Assembly: GCA_036172245.1 (NCBI GenBank)
Contig: JAYWIR010000003.1
Coordinates: 930,001 to 994,000, forward strand
From: Raillietiella orientalis
Taxonomy: Eukaryota
Reading direction: 5' to 3'
Length of the DNA: 64,000 bases
Shown: one piece after another, positions 12,951-26,950 of the stretch
Layout of the letters: each line of letters begins with the position of its first letter
Numbering within the stretch: the first letter of the stretch is position 1
Program-made: the position numbers and the translations under genes
The notes under the pieces: model-generated
What the model was told of the DNA's origin: nothing
Databases searched by the model: none
The model's input: only the letters and a program-made list of their open reading frames with translations

Positions 12951-15900
12951 GTCGCGAGGTGTTGCAGCTTCCTCTCGCATCCTCGGCCGCTTAAAGAAAG
13001 AGATGGGCGGATGAGGGATGTGCGTAAGGGGTGAATCCTGAGAAGTTAATGAGTTTGCAAAAAAAAAAAAAAAACCGAATGGGAACGTGGCTTGGCACCA
13101 GGGCGAGCAGCCGTTGACGACTCAGGGATCCCGCAAAGCACGAAGGCAACGAAGAGATTCCAAACGAGGTAATTACGAGACCGCGGCGACCACCACCGCG
13201 ACGCTGCAGGTCAGCAACCCATCGGTTATCCGGAGCCCGTCGATTCCTACAACGAGGATGGCCCCCTGCTCGCATCTGGGAGGCGCACATCTTCGGACAG
13301 GTCGCTGCAGGTCGCAACCGTCGTCGTCGCCGTCGTCGTCACTTCTTCCGCTCCGTGGTGCTTCGCTTGGCAACGTCGGGCCGACGGGACCACCGAAGTC
13401 CCGCCGAGAGCACGAAAGCCGGCACGAAGCTCTGCAGCCTTCCGTTCTTTCTCTCCCTGCCTCCTTCCTCCTCCCCCCTCTCTTTGGCTTTCTGCGAAGA
13501 CGGCAGCACGCGAACCGACAAGGACCACTCGCCAGCGACCCGTCCGAACAGCGCTCTCGCCCTCTCTCTTCCCCCCAGGGAAGGTGCTGCTCCGGATCGG
13601 AAGAATCTGCTCTTCGTTCTTCCCTCTCCTGACTGAGGTGCGCGTCAAGGACGCGAGAGGAAGCGGAGGAGCCAGAAGCTTCTCCCAGCCCGCTGGCTCG
13701 AATCGAAAAAATGCGCGCTCGCGCCCGGCATTTCCTCATTCCCCTCCTCGCCGTGGCGCGCGCGCACGCATCAAAGGGTAGGGATGGGGGAAGGGGGGGG
13801 GGAGGGGGCTGGGGGTAAATGGGTGGGGCTCACGCGCAAAGAGATCGGGTTCGCGCACGTAGGCGCGCGTCGGCAGGCAGGGAGGAAACGGGCGGGAGAG
13901 CTGGCTCACCCCGCCCACGCGCGAGCGGGCAGGCCAGCGTTCGGACCACGCTAAACGACGCATCTGCGCACGCGCGTCGTCTCCTCGGAGACAGCCACGA
14001 CAGCCCGCGCGCAAAGGCTGGCGAGGAAAGGCTGAACGGTCGGTCTGTGCGAGACGGCGCTCCGAGGCGCGCCGCGGCCTCCGGACGGACGCCCCGGAAA
14101 GGACGCTGCAAGGCTGCCACCCTCCGCTGCTGCCACCCTCGCCTCCGCCGTCTCGGGCGACGTCTCTCAAGACGGCGCCTCACGCTCGGCTGCGGACGGC
14201 TCTCCTCGCCACTCTTCCTCCCTTCCCCCTTACGGTGCGAGCCCCCGGCTCTTGGAACGGCCCTTGAGATGACGGCTCCTCAGGTCTCAACCCGATCCCA
14301 CTCACGCATAAGCCCTCCTCCCCCCTCCCCCTTTCCGTGCCTCTCCCTCCTGCTTAGCGGAGTCGGTGGCGACCCACTATGGAGGGTGGAGGCTTTGTTG
14401 GGGCGGGAAGGGTTCGGGTGGCTCCACAAGAAACGCGAAAACCCAGCCATGTTTTTACGGGCGTCTTCTCGCCGCTTCTGCAGCATCCTTTTGTCTCTTC
14501 CAACTCTTCCACGCAGCAGTCCAAGCTGCTCCTGACAGGCAACGCCGCGCGCGGAGACCTCCTCCCCCTCTCGGCTTCCCCCTCGTTCCCGCGGTGACCG
14601 CCTTCCCGGGAGCGTCCCTCCTTCCTCGCCTGCTCAAGGCCCCGGCGCACCGCTCGTCATCGGCGTCTTTTTGCACGCGTCTCGCTTCCCGCTGCGCACG
14701 GCTCCCGTGCGGTCCGCGCCGCGCTCACGAAATCGGGCGCGCGGCGGGGTTGCACGGCAAGTCTTCCCCCGAAATTCCCCCTGCTTTCCCAGCGGCCTCC
14801 TCCTCTGACTGAGGGGTGGAACTCCCTCGCTGTCCCGTACACTCCCGCCGTTCTTCGCCGCCGCCGCCGCCGCCCCCGAGGATATTTCTGCTCGTGCACC
14901 GGGAGACGACTGCCTCTCCATTCTGGGTCGCCTTTCACTGCGTCTTGCGGTCGTCGCAATCCGTGTGCCCCTTCCCTGTTGGCCCAACTTGCTGCGCCAC
15001 GCGAGGACCAACGACGACGATATTCAAGACAGGCCGTGCCATCGTCGTCCTTGGTCACTGCCATCATCATCGTAGTTCCTTTTATCTCTTCCGGCTCTCG
15101 CTAGTCCGCTCGCGTTTGCACGCTCCAGCGGCCGGGAACCAGCGCTGAGAGTGCTCCCCCTCCCTTCCCCCCACTTCTGCCTCCTCACGCTTCCAGCCTT
15201 CTCCTGATACGAGTCCGGTTATCGCTCTGCTCACTTCAGAGGCACCCGGAGCGAAGTCTTCCTGTTGAAGGAACGCGGAGGCTGGAGAGGGAGGAGACCC
15301 GTCACTGCGGCGGCAGCGGCAAGAACCCCCTCGCTTACCCCTCAGCCTCCACACACACAGCGTAGTAGCAGGTAACGCTGCTCACTTCCCGATACGAGGG
15401 GCTATGTGCCCCATTCCTTCGGCTTCCCCCTCCATCGTTTGCAACCATCATCTTCCTTCTCGGAGAAGAACATGGAGAGACTTCTGCGTAGGGGGAGGGC
15501 AAAGGCGGACGGCGAGCCGCCGCTCTGTAGGGAATCACGAGCGCCCGTTCTCGTCGCGACTCGGAACGCAGCCCCACCTGTTCCTTTCGGCTCCCGCCGC
15601 AGCAGGTGCACACGGCAGAGGTAGCGCGGAGTCTCGTTTTCTCCCAGTCTTCTCGCATTGCTCTTTTCCAGCTGCCCTCCTCCCCGATTGAACGAGCAGC
15701 AACGCAGGCATCCGTTCGTTCGCTTTCCTTTTTCTTTTCTTTTGCGGCTGCCTCGGTCTCTGCTTCGACCGTCCGCAACACCTTCGGATCTTCGGAAAAA
15801 CTCTGCTTTCGGGACCGGCGCCGTTAATCAGGATCTATCTGGACCTGGCCCAACGCGACCCTGCCGTCGGCAAAGAGGGTCTGCTTGAAGGTCGCACTTT

Positions 15901-16779
15901 TCTCGTGACTCATAGAAGCTACAGGTGAAGGTTTGTTAGGTCATCTTTGTGGACAACGGTGGGAGACACGAGAGCTGCCGCCTTCGTTTCGCTCGCCGCC
16001 TCTCCGTGGATTCGTCGAGAAGAAATCTCCAGGCCAGCCGAACCCTCGAGAGACGTCCTGGCAGCTTCCTCCCAAGTGAAACCAAGAAGGCTCTGACGGG
16101 AATTTTTTTTTTTTTTTTTTTTCCAGAGCTCGCTGCTGAATGGATGACCTTTCTCGACCTTTGGGTGCGAGGCCGCAGCGTCACGGTTAGCAACACAATA
16201 GGTGGACGTTCGCAATGGCGCTCCAAGCATCCTTTCCGATGTCCGAGGTCTTTTACGATGTTGCTCAGGTTTCTCCGCAAAGTCACAGGAAAGACAAAGA
16301 TTGAGGCTACGCAGGTAAAGAAGTAAGCAGAGAGAGAATGCGAAATCTCGGAAACGATTGTAAACAGAAGTGCCAACTCCCCATGGAGACCGGGAAAGAT
16401 GGGACGTCTCAGAAACCATCCAATAAAAAGCAGAGTGCAGAGGTGACGGGAAACGGACGTTTTGTTTGAACAGAGCGGGGAATTTTACGGCGTGAACTAG
16501 CGGAAGTGGGGGAGGTGGGGGAAGACTTCGAGAGAAAGTGCTGCTGTGATTTTTCTCACACCAATGGCCCCGGAGACCATGGTGCTCGTTGGACCTGAAC
16601 GTGGGAAAAACACGTGGAACAGGAGGAACAGAGTCCCCTGAAATCCTGCGGCGGAGAGCTTGATGAACGGAACGTGTCGGGAGGGAAGAGGGGGGGAGGG
16701 GGAATGTGGATGGGGAGAAGGGAACGCATTTCCTCGGAAATGACTTCACCCCAGCACTCCCGCCTCTTGGCGTCTCTCC

Positions 16780-17350
16780 AAGCTACGATAAAGTTAAGGG
16801 CAACCTCCCCCCCCTCTCCCCCTGAAAAATCGATTCTCCAGTGCACCCTATCCCTCTACAGGCATCACGTGTCCTGGCAGCAGAGATCTGCAAACGCATT
16901 CCTTCCCGGCCAGTTTATTTGGTTTTGCTTGGACCCAGAAGGGCGGTGCCAGAAAATGTGGAACGCGAATTTTCGGTTTCAGAGAAGGAACGAACAATAC
17001 TAGAAAGGAAATTTGGCACGACCTTTGGTTAAGCCTTTGAATGCGCATGGGCACCGTCTGGGGCATCTGCTTGCGATCTGGACTAATGGTGGCATCACGT
17101 TGGGTCGGTCTTCCAGAGGCTCCATGATTCCAGAGCTTGCATGAGTCGCTTTCAGTTCACAAGTTGGCGTTCCTACGGTCTCCATGACCTCTCCAAAACC
17201 ACGGAATAGCATGCTGCCGTTTCAGTGTACGTGTCCCAGGGTTTCTGAATATGCACCAAAGGCCAGTAGGATGCGGGCTTTTGCAAAACTGGAAGTGAAA
17301 TCCAAAGTGGACAGCCAGAGATGGAAAAGGGTCAGTTTGCATCAGTCTGC
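16780..17350 (+). mobile_element. Degenerate RTE-like element, C-terminal relic
   Basis: TLSLYRHHVSW (LLYG.ETW), GRCQKMWNANFRFQRRNEQ (RCLR.I..I...DR.RNE), GHRLGHLL (RWLGHL), DSQRWKRV (DR..W+). Confidence 0.4.
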
Positions 17351-19439
17351 AAAAGGAGGAGGGAGGGAGAGGGGGAGCGAAAAAGGATCAGACGATTCCG
17401 TGTTCAGACTCTGTGGATCTGCTTCTATCCCCCCGCTTCCAAGATCTGGCAGAAGTGCACCACGTGAACGTGACTGCCGCTTCAGATTTTCCAGACCCGA
17501 GACAGGGCAGTATTCTCTAGATCCGGACGAGTGTACTGTACTGTACACGCATCCTTTTCCCCGAAAACCGGATTGCAGAACACGTTGTTCCGCGCACTGC
17601 GATCAAGCTCTTCTCTTCATCTCGCCGGTGCCACTGTGTTCTGCTCCGCCACGTCATCACAGGCACATTGTTAGCTGCTTCGCCCTCTTCCATTTTTAAA
17701 AAGTTCGCCGTGTCCCTGCTCGTTGCTCCCATTGGCTGAACGATTCCTACTAGGCTTGTTATTGATCCCGCTTTCCAAAATTAAATCCTGCAATGCAACT
17801 TTTTCTTCTTCGACTCTTGAAAGTGCGATGCACGCAGGGAGGAAAATTCCATGGAAAGACACGTGAGGGAGATCTCCGAGGTTTTTCTTCCGCTTCAGGT
17901 CTCCGTCGATCCCCTTTCCCCGATCCCTTCGTTCCGAGAGACACGCGGTTTCGAGCACGGGTCGTGTGGATCGCCGTTCCTCCGGGAAGACGCGCTTCTC
18001 GAAAGCGCGTGCTAGGCGTCAACTCGGCGCGGCGTTCGGTCAAAAGGGCACTGCTGCTCCAGAAACCTGCTATCTAGTCTCCACCTGTTTCCTTCGGGAA
18101 GTGGCTCGCTCCTCTCACCCGCCCCCTTCCCTTTTACCCTTCCGCCAGCTCCAGGAGGCACGTCTCAGGCGAGCTCTTCTGGGGACGTCCCTCTCAACGG
18201 GAACGATCGCTGCGCTTCCCCGACCGAGCAGTGCCGGCGAGAAATCACGCGTGACCTTTCCCGGCTGGTAAGGAGGGAAACGCCGAAGCAGGAGGAAAGG
18301 AAGATCCACAGAAGAGCGGGGATGGTCCAGGTGAGAAAGAAGACCGCTTCTCCCTATGGGTCCCTGGACAGCAGAGCAGCATCCCCTCAGGACCGCTGTC
18401 GCTCCTCTGTCCGAGAAGCTCCTGGAGGACCAGAGAAAGTCGTATGCTCCCAGTAGGTGGCTCAAGACCCCTCGACGATTCCTGGTCCTCCTGCGGCACC
18501 CTCCTTCCTCCGTTCAGATCGGGAATGCCCAGTGTGGAGGGGGGGACGGATGACCTTCCGGCTTCTCCCTGAAGACTCGTCTCCTTTCCGTTGCCAGAAC
18601 TCTTCGTCTCTCTTGCAGCGTCGTGGGCAGCAGCCCGCGGGGAGAGCCTGAGGGCCCCTGAGTGCGTTTCCTTGCCTGAGTCCCGGACCGTCCATTCCTA
18701 CATCGTGGATCATTGAGACCCAACCTACTCCCAGTCGGGACTCTTCTTACTCCCGGAGCTCGAGAGGCACGTGGAGCTTCGCGCAAGGGCGGCGGTGCCT
18801 CAGCCGAGGACGGAGACGTGACTGCCGCTGGTCGGAAACTTTGCCCCGGGGGATGCGAAGAGCAGGGGTAATGGGGGGAGTGTGCCCGGCTGCGTTGGAG
18901 GCGTCTAGCCCGAGGGAATCCGAGGGGGTGGAGCACTCGAAGAGCCGAGCGTCCTTGTACGACCGGCGGATCCAAACGCGCGGGAAGGCAGGCTCGCTGC
19001 TGCCAAGGAGAAACGGAGGAGCGAAAGGGGCGGAAGTCGACCGAAGGGAGGGGGGGTGATGCCAAGGTCTCGCAGCATCCTAGGAGAGGACCGCGGAACG
19101 CCCTCTGCGTGCAACCATCCGGGGCACCCGCGGGAGCTCCTCGGGGCCAGCGGTGGCGGCTGGACGTGGGACGGGACTGGCGCCGCCGGAGGTGCAGTAT
19201 GGTGATGCGGCTGCCGTCCTCCGCTCCACTCGCTGCCCCCAGCAGCCAAGCGCGGAGGGAGGATGGGCTCTCCTCGAGTCCCCTCTGTGCCTGCAGGGGT
19301 GGTTGACCGCCTCCATCAAGGGACTCGATGCTCCCCGCAGTCTCCCTCGCATCCGAGCGCATCTCAGTTGCACGAGACGGCGAGGCACGCGACCAAGCGG
19401 CCGAGTGAGGTGACCGAGACGAAAGGCCACGCCCTCGCC

Positions 19440-21000
19440 CATCCCGCAACGCTAGCGCCGCGAACCGGGGCGACGGCCGGCTTTCTCTCCCAGGAACACT
19501 ACGGCGATCACCATGGTTTCCTTTTCGTGCAAGCGTGTCGCAGCCTCGGGGGCGGACTCTCGCCCGTCTCGTCGCGTACGCCCGAGGTGCGGGTCATCGA
19601 TCCGTCAGGTGGTACCAGGCCCCGCCTGCAGTTCGTGCGGATTGTACGCTCGCGTGCCACTTGTACCGTACACCTTTCTCGGTCGCCGGAGCGGGCGCTG
19701 CTGCGCGTCGGTCGTCCCCGCCCGCGGCGCGCGGCCGCGCTCCTCCGGAGCCGCGGAGGCTGGATGTGCCCCGCGTTCGTTGCTCCACGGAGCGCCCTGC
19801 AGCGGTCGTCTCCGCCGTGGTGTCCAGCGGGTCTCATGGATCACATGTGGAGGTGGGGCGTGGAGGGTCTTCGCGGGGCTGACCGGGAGGTCACGAGGGA
19901 AGGGGTTGGGAAGATCCTCCGGAAGACGAGCAGCAGCCCCCTCCCCTGCCCGAGGGCCCCCGGTTCGGCGCGAACTGAGGTCCCTGGTCTCGACCCCTGA
20001 CCTCCCGGGGGTGCGACGAGTCCTGAGCGGTGGTCTCGTGCCACTCTGCCGGGGGGAGAAGGGGAGAACGCCGTCGTCCGATGCGCCGGCGGCTTGTAAG
20101 TGGGGGAGGGAGGTAGGGGGTGGGAGAGCGGACCGACAGCCGGAGGGGACCGCGATCCGCCTCCAGCGGCGCCAGATGCTCGCCACGGGAACACCGAGCT
20201 GGGAGCTGCTTCTTCTCTTCCTTCCTCTGCTGCTGGACTTGGGCGCCACAGGCCGCAGGCGTCCTCGTTCGACACAGGTCTCCCTGGGAGCGCTCCCGGG
20301 GGCATCCTCCCTCCCGCCTTCTCTCCTCCTCCCCACCCACTTGGCCTTTCCCCTTTTCGCCGAGGAAAGGGAAAGCGGAGTGACGCGCGCGCGGGGTCGC
20401 TTCTGACGCGCAGCCGGAGGGCCGCAGGAGGTCAGTGAGACGACGTCCGCCTGCTCCCCCGGGATGCGGGAATGAACCCGGCATTCCGGGCAGAGGCGCG
20501 AGGGTTCCAGGAGTTGCCAGGGGAAGACGCGGGGAGACTCGCCATCTTGGAACTCGGAAGGGGAGGGGGAGGAAGACGGGAGAAAAGGACTCCCTGGAGC
20601 AAGAGACTGGACGCCCTCCCCTTCCGTCTCGGACAGAGGAGGAGGACGGGGACGAGGAAGCTGCTGCGCTCGAAGGACTATCCGATCCATTCCCGCGGAG
20701 GAGGATGCCTCGTTGACGAGGAAAACGACGACGGCAAGCGCCGCCGCCTTGAGGAGGAAAGCGGTCCGATGGGGTCGCTTGTGCCTCTCTATGGTCCGTG
20801 GGGGGAAAGAGCCACGGATCATTCATTCGCTCATCGACCTTTTGCCGGGGGCATCCGCGGCTTCCTCCAGAGGCCGTGGACGTGCTCCTGCGCCAAGGGA
20901 ACAGCGGCGACATGGGCAGAGGGGTAGGGTAGGGTTCCCCGGGAGCGATCGGGAGACGCCGCGTTGCAGTTTCCGACCTTCCTCTCCTGAAGGAGACGCC
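19440..21000 (+). mobile_element. Degenerate CR1/L2-like non-LTR reverse transcriptase relic
   Basis: HHGFLFVQAC (QHGF...SC), GLMDHMWRWGVEG (LL.KL...G+.G), PGVRRVLSGGLVPLC (GVPQG.VLGP), LVPLYGPW (LLPLY). By eye, weak. Confidence 0.3.
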
Positions 21001-22199
21001 GTCTCCGCCTTGCTGACCCACCCTCGAGACGGCGCTGCATGGGCGTGGGGAAGAGTGGAAGCATCCCCAAGAGGTCCAGGGGGTTGCTGGTCCCCCGGCA
21101 GAAGGGTGTGGCCGCTACGGGAGCGCCCGGAGTTGTTGTTGTTGCCGCCTCCGAAGACCGAGACCTTTTCTTCTCGGACCCGCGGGCGCGCGCCGCTCTC
21201 CCGGAAGCTCTCCATGGGGGAGGAGGGCATCTACCTTTCTTCCCCGCTCTTCACTTCCTCCTTTCTGCGCTTCCTCCTTCTCTCTTTTCTGCCGCCTGCG
21301 AAGCGGCCCCGGAGTGGTGCCTCCTGGAAGGAGAGGAAGAGGAGATGATGCGCAGGGAGTGAGGGTCTCTCCCCTGCCGCTCTCTCCTTTCGGGCGTTCT
21401 TAGGGAAGCCGCGACGCATCCTCGCGTGGGCAGACAGGTTCCCTCCATCCCCTTTCTCTCTGGTCATCCCTTGTCGGTGCTCCCCCGGGAGATCACGGGA
21501 GACACCCAGAAGTTTTCCTCCTGGGTTCCGCTGCTCTCTGTTCTGTCCCTTTTCCTCCCCCGCCTCGTCTTTAGAAGAGCCCGCCCGGGAGCGCGCACTT
21601 GCAGAGGATCCCGTCTGGGACGGCGGTTCGCAACGCGCAGGCGCAAACCCTCCGTTTTCCCTTTCCCCCTGCTGAAGCGGAAGCCGCCGTTGCCGCGCGA
21701 ACTTCCCGCTTGTTATCGGGCGGCCCGCCTGCCCTTACTGAAGGTTTGAGAGTTGTGGAGGAGAGACGGCGTCAGGACGGGCAGATGGGCCCCTCTCCAA
21801 GGCGGGCACGGTCCTTCGATCCTTCCTAACTGCGGCACGTTTCTCCCGAGCTCGGGAAGACCCCCGACGGTCATCTTTCCACCCGGCTGTAGGAGGCGGA
21901 AAGACGTGCGGAAGACGTGGGAGGAAGGAGGAGAGGGAAAGGAAAAGGAAGGGGGATAAGCAATCCTCAAGCTTTACCAGTCACTTTCTCTTTCGCACCT
22001 TCCGGCTCCCGAAATTCTACCAGCACGGGGTGAGCTCCCTGAAACGCAACCACGAGAGTCCTCCATCGGGAAGGGGGAGTCCACCGTGTCCATTGGAGGA
22101 AGAGCAGGGCACGGGCGCACTCATCGGAGGAGAAAGAAGAGAGGCCGTTCGGCTGACGGAGCGGCCATCCTCCCTGCACACCCCTTCTCTTTGCCCTCT

Positions 22200-23150
22200 G
22201 CCCTGGATTCGGGGAGAGCGCATCCGCCCGCTCCGCTGAGCCCGGAACGGAGGGAAGGCCAAGGGAGGATGGCAGCTCTAGAGAGAGACTTGGAGACGCG
22301 CTCTTGCTGGTCGTGGTGGGGGCGCTGCGATCGGTTGGCCGCGATCGGAGGAGGAGGAGGAAAGGAGGAAGAGGAAAAGGAAGAGGAGGTTTGGCGGTGT
22401 TCGAGAATTTGCGGGATTCGCTTCAAGATGTCCCGAAGTCCACTTCGGAGTGTTGGTGGAAGTCTTCGTTCCCCGCTCGACTGGCGGGGGCGGCTGAACA
22501 CCCGGCATCGCATGGAGGTGGTTGCGGTGGGTCCTTTCCTCCCCTCCTCTCTTCTTGACCGGTTGTCAGCGCGGAGCGTCCCACTCCCCCCGGTGGGTGC
22601 GCCGGGACGTTCTGGAATCGGAATCCACCACGACCTCTGTACTTCCACGTAGGGTGAGGGTGCTACGAGCTGCGGGGAACCTGACGGAACCGACATCTTC
22701 GTCCCTGCCAAGGCGCACGCCAACCGCCTCCTTCCCCGATGCGGTAGCGACTTGTGGAGAGACTGAGAATTCGAGTCTTCGGCTCCTGCGGCTCATTCGC
22801 GGCCTCGGGAGCAACTCGCGCGAGCCGGGGTCGCTGCCGGAAGTGGGACGGCGTCGGGTGCGTCCGAAACCGCTGCCCTTCGAGGATCAGCCCATCGGCC
22901 TCTCCTGGCGACACTCCTGGATCTGCAGGCGAACGGCACAAGGCCCAGAGATGCGATCGATCCACGCGCTGGCGGGCTACCAGTGATCCCCCTTCCCCCC
23001 GTCGTCCTCCCACCGCCCATTCTCCTTGTCCAGGATGAAACTTGCCCTCGGCCCGGTGGCGCGAGAGAAGTTTCAGAGCCCCGCGTTGCAGAGCGGGTGG
23101 GAGGAGGGCGGGCGATCGGAGGTTGATCGGTTGATCATTGCCGTCATTCT
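22200..23150 (+). mobile_element. Degenerate RTE-like element relic
   Basis: EEVWRCSRICGIRFKMSRSPLRSVG (S...GL.IN..KT), HRMEVVAVGPFLPSSL (E.V..F.YLGS), PIGLSWRH (ILGISWRD), in order. Confidence 0.4.
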
Positions 23151-23549
23151 TTCAAACCTTACAGGCACGTTTCGCCGCACACTTTTTATTGCGTGCAGTT
23201 GGTCCATTTCGTCACAGACGCACAGTTCTTTTTGCGTTCCCGGGAGCCTGACACTTTCCTTTTCCTTTCCTCCCTCTTTGCAGGTCATCAGCGACTCGAG
23301 TTTCGACTGCGGGTACTTTGGCGACGCGTCTGGCCAGCGGCTCTCGAGTCGCGGTGCACGCTCCTCCGCCTTCGGTACGGTGCACGCCGTCGGGGAGATC
23401 TGCAGCCGCTCTCCTTCCGAGGAAGAGACGAGAAGGGGAAAGCAGAGGACCTCGCAGAGCACACCGTGTGTCCGAGCGCATGACGGTCATCTTCCCGTCC
23501 TCCTTCATCTGATGATTATGACCAGCGGAAACGGAAGCGGGAAGATTCT

Positions 23550-24700
23550 CGCGGCTCTTGCCGCCGCTGCAGGGCAGGCATGCGACCTGCGGGAAGTCAG
23601 AGTTCGCTCGCTTCTGTGGTGTCCACGCAAGCTGTGGATCTCGAGACAGAGGCTCTGGTCTCAGGGCTGCAAGGACGAACGTCTCTCTCAGGATCGCGTT
23701 CGCTAAGGGAAACAAGAGGTTCCGCCCGCGAACTTCCCGATGGGAACCAAAAAATTCTGCCGTTGGCTCTGGTTGCCTAAAAGTCGCGAAAATTCCTCAA
23801 ATGTACCCGGGAATTCTTCCCTGCTGCCCACATTTGACGCAAAAAGGAAAAATTCCAAGAGGTCGCGGTGCCTCTCCTATAGTCAACTTTCAGTGCTGGC
23901 ATGTAGTGTTGCCACCATCACCCCCTGCATTGGTGTCTGTCTATACGGAAAAGGCATTGAGGGAAGTTTGGGGATGGGGGACGGGGTATGGTACCGTCAG
24001 CCAGCAGACGGGCAGCGCCGCTGGGCGAACAGTTCCAGTTCTGCCTCCTCTGATGCGAGGAAGGACGTAACCCTCGTCCACGGATGGTCGGACTGGAGGA
24101 GTCGGGGTGGACGTGAAACGAAGGGCGAAGGCTCGTTTCCGGAAGATGGACGGCAGGCACTGCGGTTTCGAAGAACACTTCCGTGGAAACACCTTCTTGG
24201 CGGAAGAGCTGATAACTTGGGGCGGTGAAGCATTTCTCACAAGGCACCTTCCCAAAGGGTGAACCCTTCCCGGATTGTTCGGCTCTGTGTTACAGGAAGA
24301 GCAGAGGTTCCCGTGGCTGGCTGTCGCTGCTGGACAGGACGACGGCCGGACGAAGGGCTAAGGGACGTCCACGAGAGTCGAAAAGCGAAGGTGCGCCGGA
24401 GCTTCTCATCAGAGGTTCCGGCGCGATCCTCTGGTTGTAAGAGATCATTTATCAGATTCCCAACCGTGTTTACCAACAGGGAAGCGCCATTCAAACAAAC
24501 CGATGGGGACGCCTCAGCTCGGCCTCCTGGAAAAGACGGGATTCCGTATCACCGTGAAGTCGGCGCAAATATTTGCCTTCACCTGAGACGACAGCAACGC
24601 GCTGGTCGCACGGAAAACGAGTTTGGCAGCCAACATGGCTGCAGACTAAACATTCGGCCATCGTTGTTTTCTGCTGTTTTCCCTTCGCCTGCTCTCCCCT
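23550..24700 (+). mobile_element. Possible degenerate RTE-like element relic
   Basis: KGKIPRGRGASPIVNF (GVRQG..LSP.LFN), PWKHLLGG (F.YLG), YHREVGANICLHLRRQQRAGRTENE. Weak. Confidence 0.3.
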
Positions 24701-26449
24701 GTCAAAATACATCGTACGTTCCTGGTAATGAAGCTTACCCCCCCCCCTCCCCCCAGTGTCGGGACGGTGGCAATGCGGTCTAACTCAGACCCTTCTCCCC
24801 CCATCTTCTTTTGCACTGCTGCTGCTGCCTTCGCGCCTTCTCTGTTGGAGAAGTTGTTGCGGTTGCTGTTGCCGACGAAGCGTTTACGGTCGTTGGGACG
24901 CAACACACACGGTCCCCTTCCCTCCCTCCAACATTCCCTGTTTGAAGGGAATCTTGGAGGGGAACTGTGTTCTTCGTGTTCTTCATCGGGTTTGGTTTCC
25001 TCCTCTTCAAGGGTGTGAAGTGAGCTCAGGTGAACATCAAAAAGAGAAAGTGAAACAAGAAGAAGAACATCCCGAAAAGGCAGTCGAGGCGAAATACCGG
25101 AGGAATCTTCGAGGACCGAACGGTTTCGCAAGCTCGCAGCCACACACCCTCCTTGGAGGTCGCGCCGCTGCGGTCGCCTCGCGCCGCACCGAGAGTCGCG
25201 TCATCGAATCCCACCCGGCATTGACGCCGAGAAGTGAGGGGGATGCGTCGTGGGTTTCGAGTCCCTCCCCCCTTCCCCCGCAGGATGACACTGCTTGGTC
25301 CATGGGCTTCGGGTGCCTCCGTCGACTGGCTGGGATTGGAATCTGGTCCTCGGGGATCTTTCCAGGAATCGAGGAGTCCCCTCGGGGTTCTCCTCCGGCT
25401 GTGAAAATGGAACCGGTTGATACCCCCCTCAGGGGGGGGCGCCCCTCCAGAATGCAAGAAGCGCGCTGCTCCCTTCGGGAAGCACCCTTCACAGAAAATG
25501 GGGAGCGTCCCTTCGGGGGGGTTTCTCCAGATGAGGGAAAAGGGAGAGGTTCCTTACGGGTTCTCCTCAAGCATGAGAGGAACGGATTCCTTCCTCCGGA
25601 GCCTTCCTGGATTCATGGGGTGGTCCTACGGGTTACCCCCTAACTGAAAGAGTTGCGTGGATCCTCGGGTGACGTGGACGTAGTGCGAAAAGAGCTTCGT
25701 GGCCCTCCTCCCTTCCTAAGGATGGGAGGAACGGGAACGGGAGGCTCGCCTGAGGAGGCGAGCAGGTTCCCATGGAAACCAAAAAGAAAACAAACTAAAG
25801 CAGCGAAAACGGAAGAACTGGGGGGGGATTTCCACCATCCTAGGCCAAACGGAGATACCCACCCTGTAGATCCACTATCTTGTGGATCTCTGTGAGCAGT
25901 CGGAATCCCCAGAACAGCTGGAGCCGAGTTCCCGGAGTTGGAACTGGGTATCTCCCGTGTCGCTGGGATGGACTCGGGTGAAGAAACGGGAAGGTTGGGT
26001 GGATCTCCCAGAAGGTACAGGAAGCGAAACTGGGGAAGGAGGAGGAGAAAGAAGACGCGTGAAGGATCCCTGCAAACGTGCGCGCAGCCCACTTTCTTCT
26101 GCTGCTGCTGGTGGCTGGCGCGGACCTTCCCGGGAAGCTGCTTACGTGGATGCGGGCAGGAAGAAACCCCGCGAAGCGAAAATGGGGAGGAAAGGGGTGT
26201 GAGTGGGGGGGGGGGACTCCTCCGCAGTCTGCGGGCCGCCGTGCGTCGCATGCGAGTGCCACCTGTGGCTCATCCACGCAAGGGAGGGAGACATCAGCGA
26301 TCGGTCGAAAGTGCGGTCGATAAGGCGTTGCGGCGTGCAGCGATGACAACGTGCGTTCGCCGCCGCTGGAGCGCCAGGCAACACGGCTGAGCGGAGGGAG
26401 GAACGTGGCGGCAGCAGCCCTCGCCTGCCTGCCTGCCTGCCTGCGTCCG

Positions 26450-26950
26450 GGATCAGTTGGGCTCCCTCTCACGTCCCCGCGTTCGCCGACAGGAACCGCG
26501 ATGGAAGTGTATAAGAATGGGGACCGATGAGGAATCCCAAAAGCTTCCCGAGCGACGACGGAACCCGCCAGCTCGCCTGGAGGGGTGGCAAAAAAACAAC
26601 TTCCGCGCCTGCACGCAGGAGAGGAGGAGGAAGTCTGCCGCTTCGACTGGTGGCCCGCGGGATTTCCGCGACCCGCAGACTCACTCAGGAAGATGAGCAT
26701 TTCGCTTCTGGTGTTCCTTCTGGGACGAACGCTATTGGTTCGGTTTCGCCTTCCGTCTCCCTGAACGCCTCGGGGAATGAAAGATCGGACTTTTGCCGCT
26801 CAGGCATCCCTTTGCTGCCGAGAGGTGCGTTTTCTTCGCGAGAATGCAGGAGCCAAACCCTGTGAGAGGAGCATTCGAGAGAGACCTACTGGAGAACCGT
26901 ACGGTTACGAACCGAAGAACGCTCGTAACTAAGCAAAGTGTACGGAAAGA
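26450..26950 (+). mobile_element. Possible RTE-like C-terminal relic
   Basis: ECRSQTL*EEHSRETYWRTVRLRTEE resembles E.RCLR.IL.I.W.DRV.NEE. Weak. Confidence 0.25.

Noticed and set aside
24756..25643. 295-aa ORF containing VKQEE and VKMEPVD, reminiscent of zinc-finger linker motifs
   Set aside because: No DNA-binding domain, no convincing start or splice structure, and the short motifs can arise by chance.
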